From: Phallusia mammillata
Taxonomy: Eukaryota
DNA: 64,000 nt
Direction of reading: 5' to 3'
Assembly (NCBI GenBank): GCA_965637545.1
Contig: OZ281496.1
Location: 24,552,001-24,616,000, forward strand
The position numbers and the translations under genes are program-made. How positions within the stretch are numbered: position 1 is the first letter of the stretch; each line of letters starts with the position of its first letter. Positions 22,825 to 34,140 of this stretch are shown one piece after another. A model generated the notes under the pieces. The model searched no databases and was not told the DNA's origin. It saw only the letters and a program-made list of their open reading frames with translations.

Positions 22825-23793
22825 TGCAGCTTAAACCTGGCTTTTTACTACTTTTCAAAAAGCTTTTCAAGCCTCCAAGCTCTCATCTAACTATATAATA
22901 CTAAAGAGGCAACAGCCTGTGTGGATGACTTGTACCCACACTATAGTCGAGCCTAAACTAAAGGAAGGAAGTGATTAAAAAGCTTCGGAATTTGCTGCCT
23001 GAAATCCTTACACCAGAAAAACAATCCAACTGCCTTAAAAACTCTATTTGTGTTGTAGCGGAAAAGACTTTTCAACAATCTGGGTGTTTATCTAAATTCA
23101 GGTGTTTTCTACTTACAAAAACAATTCAAAAAGCCTACAATAATACTGTACGAAAGAGTGGCTTTCCACTTTAAACCAACATCCTGTCTAAAAGCTGGCC
23201 ATATGCTTTCTGCTTAATATCATGTGGCTGGATAATAGTTTTGGCACACATAGTAATCTACCAATAACGTCTGCAGCCAGCAGCTAGCATTAGGTACAGA
23301 GAATAGGTTAGGGTTTGTTTTGTTGAGTTTAGGATCGCATTTTATGCAGTGGTTTTAGATATATATATATGTGTACCATGACAATATATATTTTTGTCAA
23401 AAACTTTGTTTTGAGTATGTTGTATAAACTATGTAGAGTAGGATAAAAAAAAAATTATCTGATACAACTTTGCTGTGCCATGAAACAGACTGCAAAGCAA
23501 ATGTTGCAAAACTGGCCTATATATACGCCATGAAATCAATATAAACAATGATGCAATTTATATTCTTATTTAACGTGTAAGATTTATGCAGCTTGGGTAA
23601 ATGAGAAAATAATACTTTGTAAATGTAGTAAACCTAAATTTGTTCGCGGAATTTATCAAATGCTGTTTTTGTTTTGGCATAAGTGTAGTTCTCAACTTTG
23701 CAAACTTAGCTACTATAGTTGGTGCAGTTGATCACCAACAATCTACAATGGCAAGATCCTGTTAAATTCAGCTGCTCTTTCTACGAAGACTAT

Positions 23794-24017
23794 CCAGTCT
23801 GCAGAATGTGGCAGGTGCATGCGTGATTTTTTGTGAAAAAAAAATTTTTTGCATGCCAATTTTTTGGTTTGCACATGCAAATTTTGCACCAAAGGCGTTT
23901 AATTGGGCTGTGTTGACCTCTTTTACTTGCTTTGCGCCTGCTGAGATAGGTCTTGCACGCGAACTTACGGGTGCAGGCACGAGATCTCATCGGAAAATGC
24001 CATATTCTGCAGACTGG
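23794..24017. mobile_element. MITE-like inverted-repeat element (224 bp), superfamily unresolved
   Basis: 20-bp terminal inverted repeats CCAGTCTGCAGAATGTGGCA (23794-23813) and TGCCATATTCTGCAGACTGG (23998-24017) with one mismatch; no clear TSD found. Confidence 0.6.
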
Positions 24018-25363
24018 TTTGTAGGTCATGATTTAGAAACTGTTTTTTCTGTTTTCTGATAATGTGCCAAAAATACAGTGTTTCATATTACATTGATGTA
24101 CAAAATGATATATTATTACAGTAAGTATAACTAGTCAAATTAGGTCATTTCCTTCACCAAAAATAGTAAATGTTCAAGCCTGGAAATCTTCAAAACTACA
24201 ATTATTATACACTTAAACTTTCTTTAACTTGGAATTCAATTATATGCCCTAGCTGTGTACCAAAATAAAATAATTGGTTAGTCACAAGGTTCAGTGAACA
24301 TGTTAGTAATATTACCGGTACTTGTTTTGTAAACTTGGGATGACTGTTATACTACACAACTAACAATCATTAAATATTTACAAAGAATAATTAGTACCGC
24401 ATCAAACTTGTTCTTCCTCCTCTTAGACATTCTTGGCGAATTGTTTATTTTCAGAAATATCTAAGAACCACAAAATAAATTCTAAAACCAAAAAAACACT
24501 TTTTGTGAATTTGTTATGATTTCACACAGAATAAATGTGAGGCTTGAAAATAGAATCTTGATTGAGTAATTGTTAAGCAGTAGAAAAAAACACTTATGGA
24601 GACTGCATTGTTTACAAAAGCTTGACTGAAATAAAAAAAAATGCCACATACTCGTTAAACCAAATAACCCCCTAACATAAACCAAAATTAAGATGGCCAA
24701 ATTCGGATGAGACAAACGTAATTGTCTACACAAAAAGGCTAAAATCATTTCTAAGACAAAAATGATATTTATTTTTTTATAAAAAACTGCATTTTTAAAA
24801 ACACACATGCGTTTAGGAATTTTGCAAGTTTAATAAAAATCATTCATGTTAAGACTAATAGCATGCAAAATATTTTTTGCCGTAAATATAACTATCAGTA
24901 ACCCACATATGACAACAATTTATTTGAAGGTACACGTTGGCAAATGCAATTAACGTAGTTCACTGTCTAGCCTATGCTTGAATGCTGATTATGGAAAAAA
25001 TACTGACAAATTTATTGCAATTGTACACACACATTTTGCAGTCCATTTATTATTTTCACAAAATCCCTAAAACGCCGTTTTGGAAAAAAAATCTATTAAT
25101 CACCTTACCAAAGTGTAATAAGAATAGCAGACAAATACGGTGCAACGGGATGTTTATAACAACCCGAAGCCTTTTTAGTTCGTGTTGGGTTCGGGACACG
25201 ATTCAAGTTCGAAGTTAAGCAAACATATTAGGCAGTGCAGAAATAACATTTATGTCGTTACTTGAGTAATTTATTGGCATATCATCTAATTTTTATCACG
25301 ACACGTTATGATTTTTCGTTTTTTTTTTTGCTTCAACCAAATCGTATGTACACAAAGCAGTGG

Positions 25364-26212
25364 TGTAACGTCCCGTGAACGCGCCCCGGTTATAGCGCGG
25401 AACGTCACACGAGGAGAGAATTGAAACGCGATTCCTAATAGCCTCCAACAACCAGTCCACACAGATAGATGTTTTGCTGATCTTATTAGGCGAATTCTTT
25501 GAATGTAGGACGATGAAAACGAATAGGAAACGTATAGGAAACGTTAGGAAACGTATCGGAATCGGTTTCTGCATAAAGCATGACATTAACACACTGCGCT
25601 TTAAATGCAGAAATATAGCACAAATCTTACCAACTGTTGTGGTAACCGGAGAGAGTAAATAGCACGGGTATTCAACTCGCATCAATTACTGGTACACACC
25701 TAAACATACAATAACATATATCACCACACTGCGCCTTTATGACGTCACACACAGTTCTTACCAAGCTATGTTGGGCGACAGTACAGAATAAGTCACGCTT
25801 CACGTGAAGATAAAACAGAAGTACTGCGTAAACAAAATGCAACTTAAGCACCTTGTCTAAACCCAATTACACGTACAGTACAACTATTACAAAGCGAATG
25901 ACATATTAGGTCATTGCGGTTAAGATTACATTCATTACAACAATTCACATTTTGGAGTCATTAAACACATATGTACAAAGTGACTCACCAATAATCGTCA
26001 ACACGACAATAAATAGCCTTTTCTAATTCAACCGACGCAGCACCGTGCTCCACGGAAGTCAGCAACGAAAAGAACTAAACCACGTTGCGTTATTACACAA
26101 AACTGGCAGTCCATTATTACGTCACACAACGCCGTAGATTACAACACAAGTTGTACTGAGGAAATGCGGGAATCAATAGAAATCTGCAATTACTGGCAAA
26201 TAAGATGTAACA
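25364..26212 (-). repeat. 3' LTR (849 bp)
   Basis: No difference from 32195-33043 found on a by-eye comparison; element-sense ends TGTTACATC...CGTTACA. Confidence 0.97.
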
Positions 26213-26214
26213 TA

Positions 26215-26221
26215 CCCCCCC
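26215..26221 (-). other. Polypurine tract (G7) of the BEL element
   Basis: C7 run on +, i.e. GGGGGGG on the element sense strand, 2 nt before the 3' LTR. Confidence 0.8.
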
Positions 26222-26301
26222 ACAATGTACGAATCCAAGGAGTACATTTACAACACAACACACAAACATCGGCAGTAATTGCGAACACAAAAAGAACACA
26301 A

Positions 26302-29300
26302 CTAATCACGCATCGCGTCGTCGTGGCATAGCAAGCACAATTTTGCAATTGGGCGTCTGAGTGATCCAGTGTGAGTCTTGACGATCACCTGACGCACTAC
26401 TCCCTTCCGATCAGGAAGCACATCGGTCACGCGACCCAGAAGCCATTTGCTCCTAGGCTGATTATCATCCGCTACAAGCACAATGTCGCCGACCGTGAAA
26501 TTAGAATGTCCATTTGCCCACTTCGATCTGGGCATTAGCGTCGGCAGGTACTCGCGCGACCATCGCCGCCAAAATTGGTCGGCCAAGTATTGTACTTGGC
26601 GCCAACGGTTACGATGGAAACAGCCCTTCCCCGTAAACAGTCCAGGGGACATATTCGGCGCTGCACGTTGCAGCAGTAGGTGATTTGGTGTAAGGGGCTC
26701 CTCATCCTTCGAATCGAACGTCACCGGAACCAAGGGACGAGAGTTCAGGATGGCCTCGACCTCCACCATCAGCGTCATCAATTTCTCATCGGACAATGTC
26801 TGCTCCGAAAGCAGAGCGTTGAGAATTTTGCGCACAGAGCGTATCATTCGCTCCCAAACCCCACCCATGTGGCTGGCAGTGGGAGGATTGAAGCTCCACG
26901 CAATATCACGTTGTTGCAGATATTTGTAGATCTGCCTTTGATTCCACCTGTTCAGCTCTTCGCGCAGGATGCGCTCAGCTCCAACGAAGTTTGTGCCGTT
27001 GTCGCTGTAGATCTGGTCTGGTCGTCCTCGACGACCGATGAAACGTCGGAGAGCTCCGATAAAGGAGTCCGTAGACAGTGAATGCGCTATCTCGATGTGC
27101 GCGGCCCTGGTGGAGAAACAGCTAAAGATGCACCCGTACCTCTTTACCTCACTTCGTCCTTGCTTCACAAGGAAAGGTCCAAAGTAGTCGACACCGACCA
27201 CTGAGAACGGCGGCTTATTGGCCTGCAGTCTCGCAGCAGGAAGGTCTGCCATCATCTGTTTGCCCAGAGAGCCATTTCTTCGTCGACAGGAAACACACTT
27301 GCCGAGAACACGACGAACCGCTACCCCTCCTTTGATGATCCAGTAGCGTTGCCTGAGAGACGACCATGTGTGTCCCATTCCAGAATGGCCAACCTCGTCA
27401 TGCTGCTGCATAATCACCAGGTCTGTAAATCGATGGTCGTATGGAAGAATCATCGGATGCTTCACATCAAACTCGACACATGCACGCTCGAGCCTTCCAC
27501 CAACTCTCATAACTCCATTGACAAGAATTGGGTTAAGCTTTCCAAGAGCCCTCTTTTTCTTTGGTAAACGAACAGGTTCGCCTTTGGCCTTTGACATCGC
27601 AGCCATAACGTCTGGGAAACTTCGTCTCTGCACATACTTTACAATCTCAAGCTCGGCAGCCTTGAGTTCAACAACGGTCAGTTGGCCAGTAGGTGCTTGA
27701 TACTTGGCAGGAAACCTCCTTGACATCAACATCGATTTGAATCTGAGCAACCAGCTTACAGCCCTTTTCAGCCGATTGAGTGATGAGTATCTGGCAATGA
27801 GTCGATCCGTAGCGGATTCGCTGGCGACCAGACAAACGGTTTGAGTTTCTTTCTTTAACAAAAGAAATTCGATTGGCAATGACGACAAGTCCGGACAGGT
27901 AGGCCATCCATCTTCTTGCTCCCAGAGAAACTGGGGTCCAGTAAGCCATCGGCTGGACCTAAGGAATTTATTCACACTGAGTCCACGAGACGCCTCGTCC
28001 GCTGGATTTACCTTGGTGCTGACGTGTCTCCATTGACTAGGCCGGGAAACATCCTCGATTTTGGCCAAGCGATTTGCAACAAACACTGGAAAGCGCTTAT
28101 TGCAGTTGCGAATACTTTGAAGAACCGCAGTCGAATCCGTCCAGAACACGGATTGGCATTCGTCCAGTTGCAGCTCCTTTCTTACAAGTTGATCCAACTT
28201 CGCTGCAACAACGGCCGCCGTCAACTCCAAGCGGGGAATCGAACATGTCTTCAGGGGGGCAACGCGTGCCTTGCCTATTACAAACGAGCAGTGAATGCAT
28301 CCTCGCTCGTCTACCAGCCTCAGATAGGTCACCGCACCGTAAGCTGTAGATGACGCATCTGCAAAATGGTGCAATTCCGTTTTTCGCACCTTACCAAAAT
28401 CGTGGGGCTTCACGCATCTTGGCAGAACGACGTCTCCTAACCGCGGTAGTTGCTGCAACCATTTTGCCCACGATTCGGAGTCTTCATCGGAAAGAACGTC
28501 ATCCCATCCCAGCTGCTTTCTGCAGAGATCTCTTTGCATCGTCTTTGCCACCACGATCACAGGCGCTGCAAAGCCAAGAGGGTCGTATAAGGAACTTACC
28601 ACCGACAGGATTGACCTTCTGGTGTAGGCTGTAAGCTGCTTTACATCGACATTGAAACCGAACTCGTCCGAAGAAACGTTCCATCGAACGCCAAGTACCC
28701 TCTCGCACGAGGAACCATCCACGTCCAGCTCCTTCACCGATTTAGCCCGTTCCTCTTCATCAATAGACGCGAGAACTCGCTCGCTGTTGCTAAGCCACTT
28801 GGTTAGCCGAAATCCCTTCTTCTTGAGAAGTGCACAAATACCTTTGACCAACTGAACTGCTTCTGCTTCAGTCGACACGGATTTTAAACAATCGTCAACG
28901 TAGAAATTCTTTTCTACCGTCTCGACGACTTCCTTTGGAAATTCGCTTCGCAGATCATTAGCGGCTTGTTTAAGACAAAAACTCGCGCAGGAAGGGGAAG
29001 AAGTTGCTCCAAACATATGAACGAGCATCCTGTGCGCGGTGGGCTTCTTCGACACATCGCCATCAGGCCACCACAAGAACCGAAGCGCATCGCAGTCTGT
29101 CGGCTTCACACGTATCTGATGAAACATGGCCTCGACGTCGGCGACAAGAGCTACCTTTTCCATCCGAAATCTTGAAAGAACTCCTACTAAGGAATTGGTC
29201 AGATCCGGACCCTGGAGTAAAGCATCATTCAACGACTGGTCGCGGTATTTGGCAGCACAGTCAAAAACTACCCGTACTTTCCCGGGCTTGTGTGGATTTG

Positions 29301-32064
29301 TAACAGGGTGATGCGGCAGGTACCATACTACCTCTGCAGACTGTTTCTCATCTGGAACTTCTTCGGCATAGCCCTTAGCTATGTAACCCTGTACCGTCTT
29401 TGTATACGCATCGCGTAGCACGGCGTCGCGTCTCATGCGACGTTCCAAAGAACCCAAACGATTTAGCGCCATGTCCCGGTTGCACCGAAGCGGTTGTGCG
29501 TTCGGGCGCCATGGCAACGGCAACTCATAATGACCTTGCTTGAATTGCACACTGGTTTTCATTTTATCTAAGACGTACCGGTCTTCACGCGACATAGGCA
29601 TCGCGTCGGCGTTAGTATCTTGAAAGTCGGTCTTCCACATTCGCTCTAACTTCTCGTGCAGCGAATCATTGGCAACTTGAGTAAAGTTGACGGAAAACAA
29701 ATCAGTTGACTTGTTAGAGACAGGTCCTGCCAATGCCCATCCCAGTGGAACTCTAAATGCAACAGGTTGCTTCGGTTTTCCCTTTCGTACCTCTTGCACG
29801 AGAAAGGCCTCTGGAACGTCCAGCCCGATGAGCAGCAAAGCTTCACTGCAATCTACCTGTGGGAATGACAGGTCTCTGATATGTGGAAGCGCATCTAATT
29901 CCGCGTTTCTCGGAAACTTGTTGGCGGTAATAGGCAGACAATCAACAGCGAACACCTCGGGGAGTTCAACAGTTGTGGAGCCATCAAGCGAAGCAACAGA
30001 TAAATTTACTCTTTTGCCCTTGCGCCTGCGACTGTCCCCGTTGATCGTTTTAAGCGTCACGTTGCTAGGTTCACCTTGCAGCCCAAGCTTATCTGCCAGT
30101 TTCTTGTCGCACAAGGTAATGCCCGAGCCAGTATCTAAAAGAGCGTATGTATTAACAGCCCTACCGTTAGCACGGACTTTGACCGCAACCATCATCAAGT
30201 TGACGCTCTGTCTACCAGAGGAAGCATGACAGTCCTTTCCAATCGCCGACACAACCGAACAAACTGTCCGTTCCAGCGCAGGTCCTTTGACAGGAGACTC
30301 GTCCTCTCTCTTCTCTGGCGGATGCAACAAGGTGTGATGGGCTTCATTGCAGTCCCTCACGGTACACGCTTTGGGGCTGTTGCACTTAGTGGCAAAGTGC
30401 CCAAATCTGAAACAATTATCACAGAGTCTACGGCGCCGGGTGACGCGCAGACGATCGCGGTAAGGAAGGGATTTAAATTCCTCGCACTTAGCAAGCACGT
30501 GGTTTCCCGAACAGCACTGGCACAACGGGGTAGTGGGAAAATGGGAAGGTCCGGCACGAACCTTCGGCCTAGATTCTTGTTCGCTTACAACGACATGACT
30601 GGAAGCCTTTACATGACTACTTTTACCTTTCGCCTTCTTAGCTTCGTTGCGATGCTCATCGAGCATGCGGCTGAACAACGAATTTGCAATCCGATCCTCA
30701 GTTTCCACAAAGTCGACAAGATGCTCAAACAAAGGTTCACGGCCAGTATCTCTGAGGATTTTCTCAACACGCCGTTTCCAAGCCTCCTGCATCTTAAACG
30801 GTAGACGATTCACAACAGCAATCAACGTAGGGTAATTATTCATCTCGGAATGCTCGTCAATGTCTGAAAGTGTAAGTAAACAATCGCGCAGCGACTGCGC
30901 AAACTCGCTTAAACCAGCAGCATCGTTCGGTCGCAATTCTGGACCGTTGACAACACACCTCACACATGCATGAGCGATTATGTGTGACTTGCCAAAGTGG
31001 TCGTACAGTAACTGTCTCGCTTGTTGGTACCCGTTTACCTTTAGTCTAAAGCAGTGTTCAATCAATTTACGGGCTTTGCCATCACAATGCTGCGCCAAAT
31101 ACGACAATTTGGCGCCGTCGTCATCGACCTTGTCGTCGATACGAGAATCAAAATTGCGGACAAACTTCCAATAGTCCATTGGATTGCCATCAAAAACGAG
31201 AACTTTAGGCTTCGGTCTGTTTATGTGCTTTACAAGTGATGCAATCTCATTGTCATGCACGCCAGTTGGCTTGACCGAATCATATGTACAAATACTATTT
31301 ACAATTGGGTTTGTTGCTGTGAACGAACCTCTTTCGTCAAACGAAGATTTAATTTTGGGCGCATATTGGGACAGGGGCTCTGACGGAGCAACATAGTCAA
31401 CCACATACCGCTGATCAGGAGGGCTTCGCTGCGACGTGACAGGCGGTGACGTGAACAATACGCGGCGTTGATCCCCGAGCGGCTCCTCCAGGGGTGGCGT
31501 GGTCGATTTACCAGAACCTTCCTTCACCGTCACGTACTCCGTGTTTCCTGACATCTCGTCCCAAACCTTCTCTTCAACCTCTGCGGCTTGTAGCTGGTGC
31601 TGCAGTTCTAGCATTTCCATGCTGTCCTTTTGGCGCTGTTCTTCTTCAGCGCGACGGATTTCTTCCCGCCTTTTTATCTCTTCCTCTTCAATGCGGCGCA
31701 AATCGTGCTGTCTTGCCAGTTCCTGCTTCTGTGCAGTCTGTTGAATTGCAAGACGCGCGAGCTGTGTAGTTACTTTAACTCTAGTTCTACTGTTAGTCGA
31801 AGAACTAGAGCGCCTACTCCGTCCGCAGAACGAGTCGTTGTCCCGTGGACTCTTATCACCGCTTCCACCTGGGCTAGCTATGTTAACAGGTAAAACACTG
31901 TCAGATGGAGAATTTACCTCACGAACCCAATGGGAAACTCGGTCATCGAATTCGGCCATCAGACACTCGGCGGCTAGATATTGATTACTTAGACGTCGAC
32001 GACAGTCGGCGACTGCTTCAGGAGTTGTAACGTTTGATTGGCTCATCTTGGACGGCTTAAACAT
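26302..32064 (-). CDS. BEL/Pao gag-pol polyprotein, 1920 aa, intact
   Basis: Triple Cys-His gag knuckles (CQCCSGNHVLAKC; CDNCFRFGHFATKC; CTVRDCNEAHHTLLH), protease ALLDTGS, RT FYVDD, RNase H HFADAS, integrase HHCC followed by DYFGPF / SDNGTNF / WER, and a C-terminal GPY/F-like region. No stops or frameshifts; no env ORF. Confidence 0.98.
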   Translation of the reverse strand: MFKPSKMSQSNVTTPEAVADCRRRLSNQYLAAECLMAEFDDRVSHWVREVNSPSDSVLPVNIASPGGSGDKSPRDNDSFCGRSRRSSSSTNSRTRVKVTTQLARLAIQQTAQKQELARQHDLRRIEEEEIKRREEIRRAEEEQRQKDSMEMLELQHQLQAAEVEEKVWDEMSGNTEYVTVKEGSGKSTTPPLEEPLGDQRRVLFTSPPVTSQRSPPDQRYVVDYVAPSEPLSQYAPKIKSSFDERGSFTATNPIVNSICTYDSVKPTGVHDNEIASLVKHINRPKPKVLVFDGNPMDYWKFVRNFDSRIDDKVDDDGAKLSYLAQHCDGKARKLIEHCFRLKVNGYQQARQLLYDHFGKSHIIAHACVRCVVNGPELRPNDAAGLSEFAQSLRDCLLTLSDIDEHSEMNNYPTLIAVVNRLPFKMQEAWKRRVEKILRDTGREPLFEHLVDFVETEDRIANSLFSRMLDEHRNEAKKAKGKSSHVKASSHVVVSEQESRPKVRAGPSHFPTTPLCQCCSGNHVLAKCEEFKSLPYRDRLRVTRRRRLCDNCFRFGHFATKCNSPKACTVRDCNEAHHTLLHPPEKREDESPVKGPALERTVCSVVSAIGKDCHASSGRQSVNLMMVAVKVRANGRAVNTYALLDTGSGITLCDKKLADKLGLQGEPSNVTLKTINGDSRRRKGKRVNLSVASLDGSTTVELPEVFAVDCLPITANKFPRNAELDALPHIRDLSFPQVDCSEALLLIGLDVPEAFLVQEVRKGKPKQPVAFRVPLGWALAGPVSNKSTDLFSVNFTQVANDSLHEKLERMWKTDFQDTNADAMPMSREDRYVLDKMKTSVQFKQGHYELPLPWRPNAQPLRCNRDMALNRLGSLERRMRRDAVLRDAYTKTVQGYIAKGYAEEVPDEKQSAEVVWYLPHHPVTNPHKPGKVRVVFDCAAKYRDQSLNDALLQGPDLTNSLVGVLSRFRMEKVALVADVEAMFHQIRVKPTDCDALRFLWWPDGDVSKKPTAHRMLVHMFGATSSPSCASFCLKQAANDLRSEFPKEVVETVEKNFYVDDCLKSVSTEAEAVQLVKGICALLKKKGFRLTKWLSNSERVLASIDEEERAKSVKELDVDGSSCERVLGVRWNVSSDEFGFNVDVKQLTAYTRRSILSVVSSLYDPLGFAAPVIVVAKTMQRDLCRKQLGWDDVLSDEDSESWAKWLQQLPRLGDVVLPRCVKPHDFGKVRKTELHHFADASSTAYGAVTYLRLVDERGCIHCSFVIGKARVAPLKTCSIPRLELTAAVVAAKLDQLVRKELQLDECQSVFWTDSTAVLQSIRNCNKRFPVFVANRLAKIEDVSRPSQWRHVSTKVNPADEASRGLSVNKFLRSSRWLTGPQFLWEQEDGWPTCPDLSSLPIEFLLLKKETQTVCLVASESATDRLIARYSSLNRLKRAVSWLLRFKSMLMSRRFPAKYQAPTGQLTVVELKAAELEIVKYVQRRSFPDVMAAMSKAKGEPVRLPKKKRALGKLNPILVNGVMRVGGRLERACVEFDVKHPMILPYDHRFTDLVIMQQHDEVGHSGMGHTWSSLRQRYWIIKGGVAVRRVLGKCVSCRRRNGSLGKQMMADLPAARLQANKPPFSVVGVDYFGPFLVKQGRSEVKRYGCIFSCFSTRAAHIEIAHSLSTDSFIGALRRFIGRRGRPDQIYSDNGTNFVGAERILREELNRWNQRQIYKYLQQRDIAWSFNPPTASHMGGVWERMIRSVRKILNALLSEQTLSDEKLMTLMVEVEAILNSRPLVPVTFDSKDEEPLTPNHLLLQRAAPNMSPGLFTGKGCFHRNRWRQVQYLADQFWRRWSREYLPTLMPRSKWANGHSNFTVGDIVLVADDNQPRSKWLLGRVTDVLPDRKGVVRQVIVKTHTGSLRRPIAKLCLLCHDDAMRD

Positions 32065-32194
32065 TCAACAAACTGTTTAAACTTTACTTCAAGAGGCAGT
32101 TGAAACTTGATTTAAACTGCAGATTGTCTTTAATACCCAGTTGAAACTTGATTTCAACTGTATTGTTCTGTTCAACGAACAGTTGAAACTTTCA

Positions 32195-33043
32195 TGTAAC
32201 GTCCCGTGAACGCGCCCCGGTTATAGCGCGGAACGTCACACGAGGAGAGAATTGAAACGCGATTCCTAATAGCCTCCAACAACCAGTCCACACAGATAGA
32301 TGTTTTGCTGATCTTATTAGGCGAATTCTTTGAATGTAGGACGATGAAAACGAATAGGAAACGTATAGGAAACGTTAGGAAACGTATCGGAATCGGTTTC
32401 TGCATAAAGCATGACATTAACACACTGCGCTTTAAATGCAGAAATATAGCACAAATCTTACCAACTGTTGTGGTAACCGGAGAGAGTAAATAGCACGGGT
32501 ATTCAACTCGCATCAATTACTGGTACACACCTAAACATACAATAACATATATCACCACACTGCGCCTTTATGACGTCACACACAGTTCTTACCAAGCTAT
32601 GTTGGGCGACAGTACAGAATAAGTCACGCTTCACGTGAAGATAAAACAGAAGTACTGCGTAAACAAAATGCAACTTAAGCACCTTGTCTAAACCCAATTA
32701 CACGTACAGTACAACTATTACAAAGCGAATGACATATTAGGTCATTGCGGTTAAGATTACATTCATTACAACAATTCACATTTTGGAGTCATTAAACACA
32801 TATGTACAAAGTGACTCACCAATAATCGTCAACACGACAATAAATAGCCTTTTCTAATTCAACCGACGCAGCACCGTGCTCCACGGAAGTCAGCAACGAA
32901 AAGAACTAAACCACGTTGCGTTATTACACAAAACTGGCAGTCCATTATTACGTCACACAACGCCGTAGATTACAACACAAGTTGTACTGAGGAAATGCGG
33001 GAATCAATAGAAATCTGCAATTACTGGCAAATAAGATGTAACA
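32195..33043 (-). repeat. 5' LTR (849 bp)
   Basis: Direct repeat of 25364-26212, flanked on the outside by TSD AGTGG. Confidence 0.97.
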
Positions 33044-33144
33044 AGTGGTGTGTGAACTTATGCAACCAAGGGCCAAAAGTCTGGCTGAAAACGAAGAGTT
33101 TCACCAGGATCGCCAAACCAGCCCTTTCAATCCCAAATACTTAC

Positions 33145-33196
33145 TTCTAGTGGCAGACTTATGGCCTTGAACCGTGTCTGGGACGCAGGTGCAGGC
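33145..33196 (-). other. Candidate non-coding 5' exon, possibly of Sec62
   Basis: On -, acceptor-like TCTTTTAG (33197-33198) and strong donor GTAAGT (33143-33144) bracket a 52-nt ATG-free segment in a GC-richer region. Assignment to Sec62 is inference. Confidence 0.3.
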
Positions 33197-34140
33197 CTAA
33201 AAGACGACGTCTAAGTAAGTGGTGCTTTGCAGAAAGAAAAGATTTGCCCAAGTCGCCGAGTTCATTTATCTTCGTCCATATTGCCGCCTTTTAACGTATC
33301 CGCCGATTGTATTCAATTGTAGCGATGCGCCTCGTGGATAATGGAAGGTTCCCGGTTATGGGGCAGTTCTCGGGTCAATGTTTTATCTTATCTTCGGCCG
33401 TGTTGCGACCTTAGAACAACGCTAAGTGGCTGATAGGTAAAAATTACAAACGACACGCGCTGTTACATGAATAGGAACTGCAAGGATTAGGCTGTCAGTA
33501 AAAAAGATCTACCCTTCCAAAAAATAGTTCTTCAGTTGCCACCATTGCAATAAACACAATCGGTGATTGAGGTAGCTACGACATAGAACATAGCTTACTT
33601 GGAGTACTTCCACTTAAAAACAGTTTGGCAGCAGAAAAAATATCACCGTCTAGAAATAAAAAATATCACTTAAAAATTGTGACAAGAGTTTTTTGAAGCC
33701 CATTAATAAATTTATTTCGAACAAACAGTCCAATTAAAATAGAAATAAAACTCGTGTATTAAAACATAACCAAAAATTTATTTGAGACAGATTTGTTCCA
33801 CCTACCCAATTGTTTTTGGACTTTTTACCAAATATAAATTCCACAGGTGACCCACGTCGCTTGTGGTGTGTCAAAGATCCTTATCGCAAAGGGTTTACGC
33901 GTCTGCTTTGAAAACATCCACAATCGTGCAAAGCAGCTCTTTGTTGGCAGATACGTTGGTCATTTTTGCATCGCTTGAAAACTACAACTATAAACAACCA
34001 AACAGATATTCTAACTGTAACTTTGAAACTTAAACGGTTGCAATGTCTGAAAATCAACCTACATTTGCAGTTGTTTAAAAAAAGTCAGTTAAGGTCATGT
34101 AAAGTTGGTACAAGAGACATGTGGCAACTCGTGTTGTCAC

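Larger units (their letters stand above)
25364..33043 (-). mobile_element. Full-length BEL/Pao LTR retrotransposon (7680 bp)
   Basis: Two 849-bp direct LTRs with TG...CA ends; 5-bp TSD AGTGG (25359-25363 and 33044-33048); single gag-pol ORF in the order PR-RT-RH-IN; G-tract next to the 3' LTR. Confidence 0.98.

Noticed and set aside
25296-25866. ORFs of 129, 62 and 64 aa, duplicated at 32172-32697
   Set aside because: They lie in the LTRs, have no recognisable motifs and are duplicated only because the LTRs are.
26483-31893. Many + strand ORFs of 60-192 aa inside the BEL element
   Set aside because: Antisense shadows of the long, relatively GC-rich gag-pol frame; no env-like or other features.
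32096-32190. CRISPR-like look: palindromic repeats at regular spacing with unique spacers
   Set aside because: Only 2.5 units with 17-19 nt spacers, inside a eukaryotic retrotransposon leader, and no cas genes; treated as an RNA structure instead.
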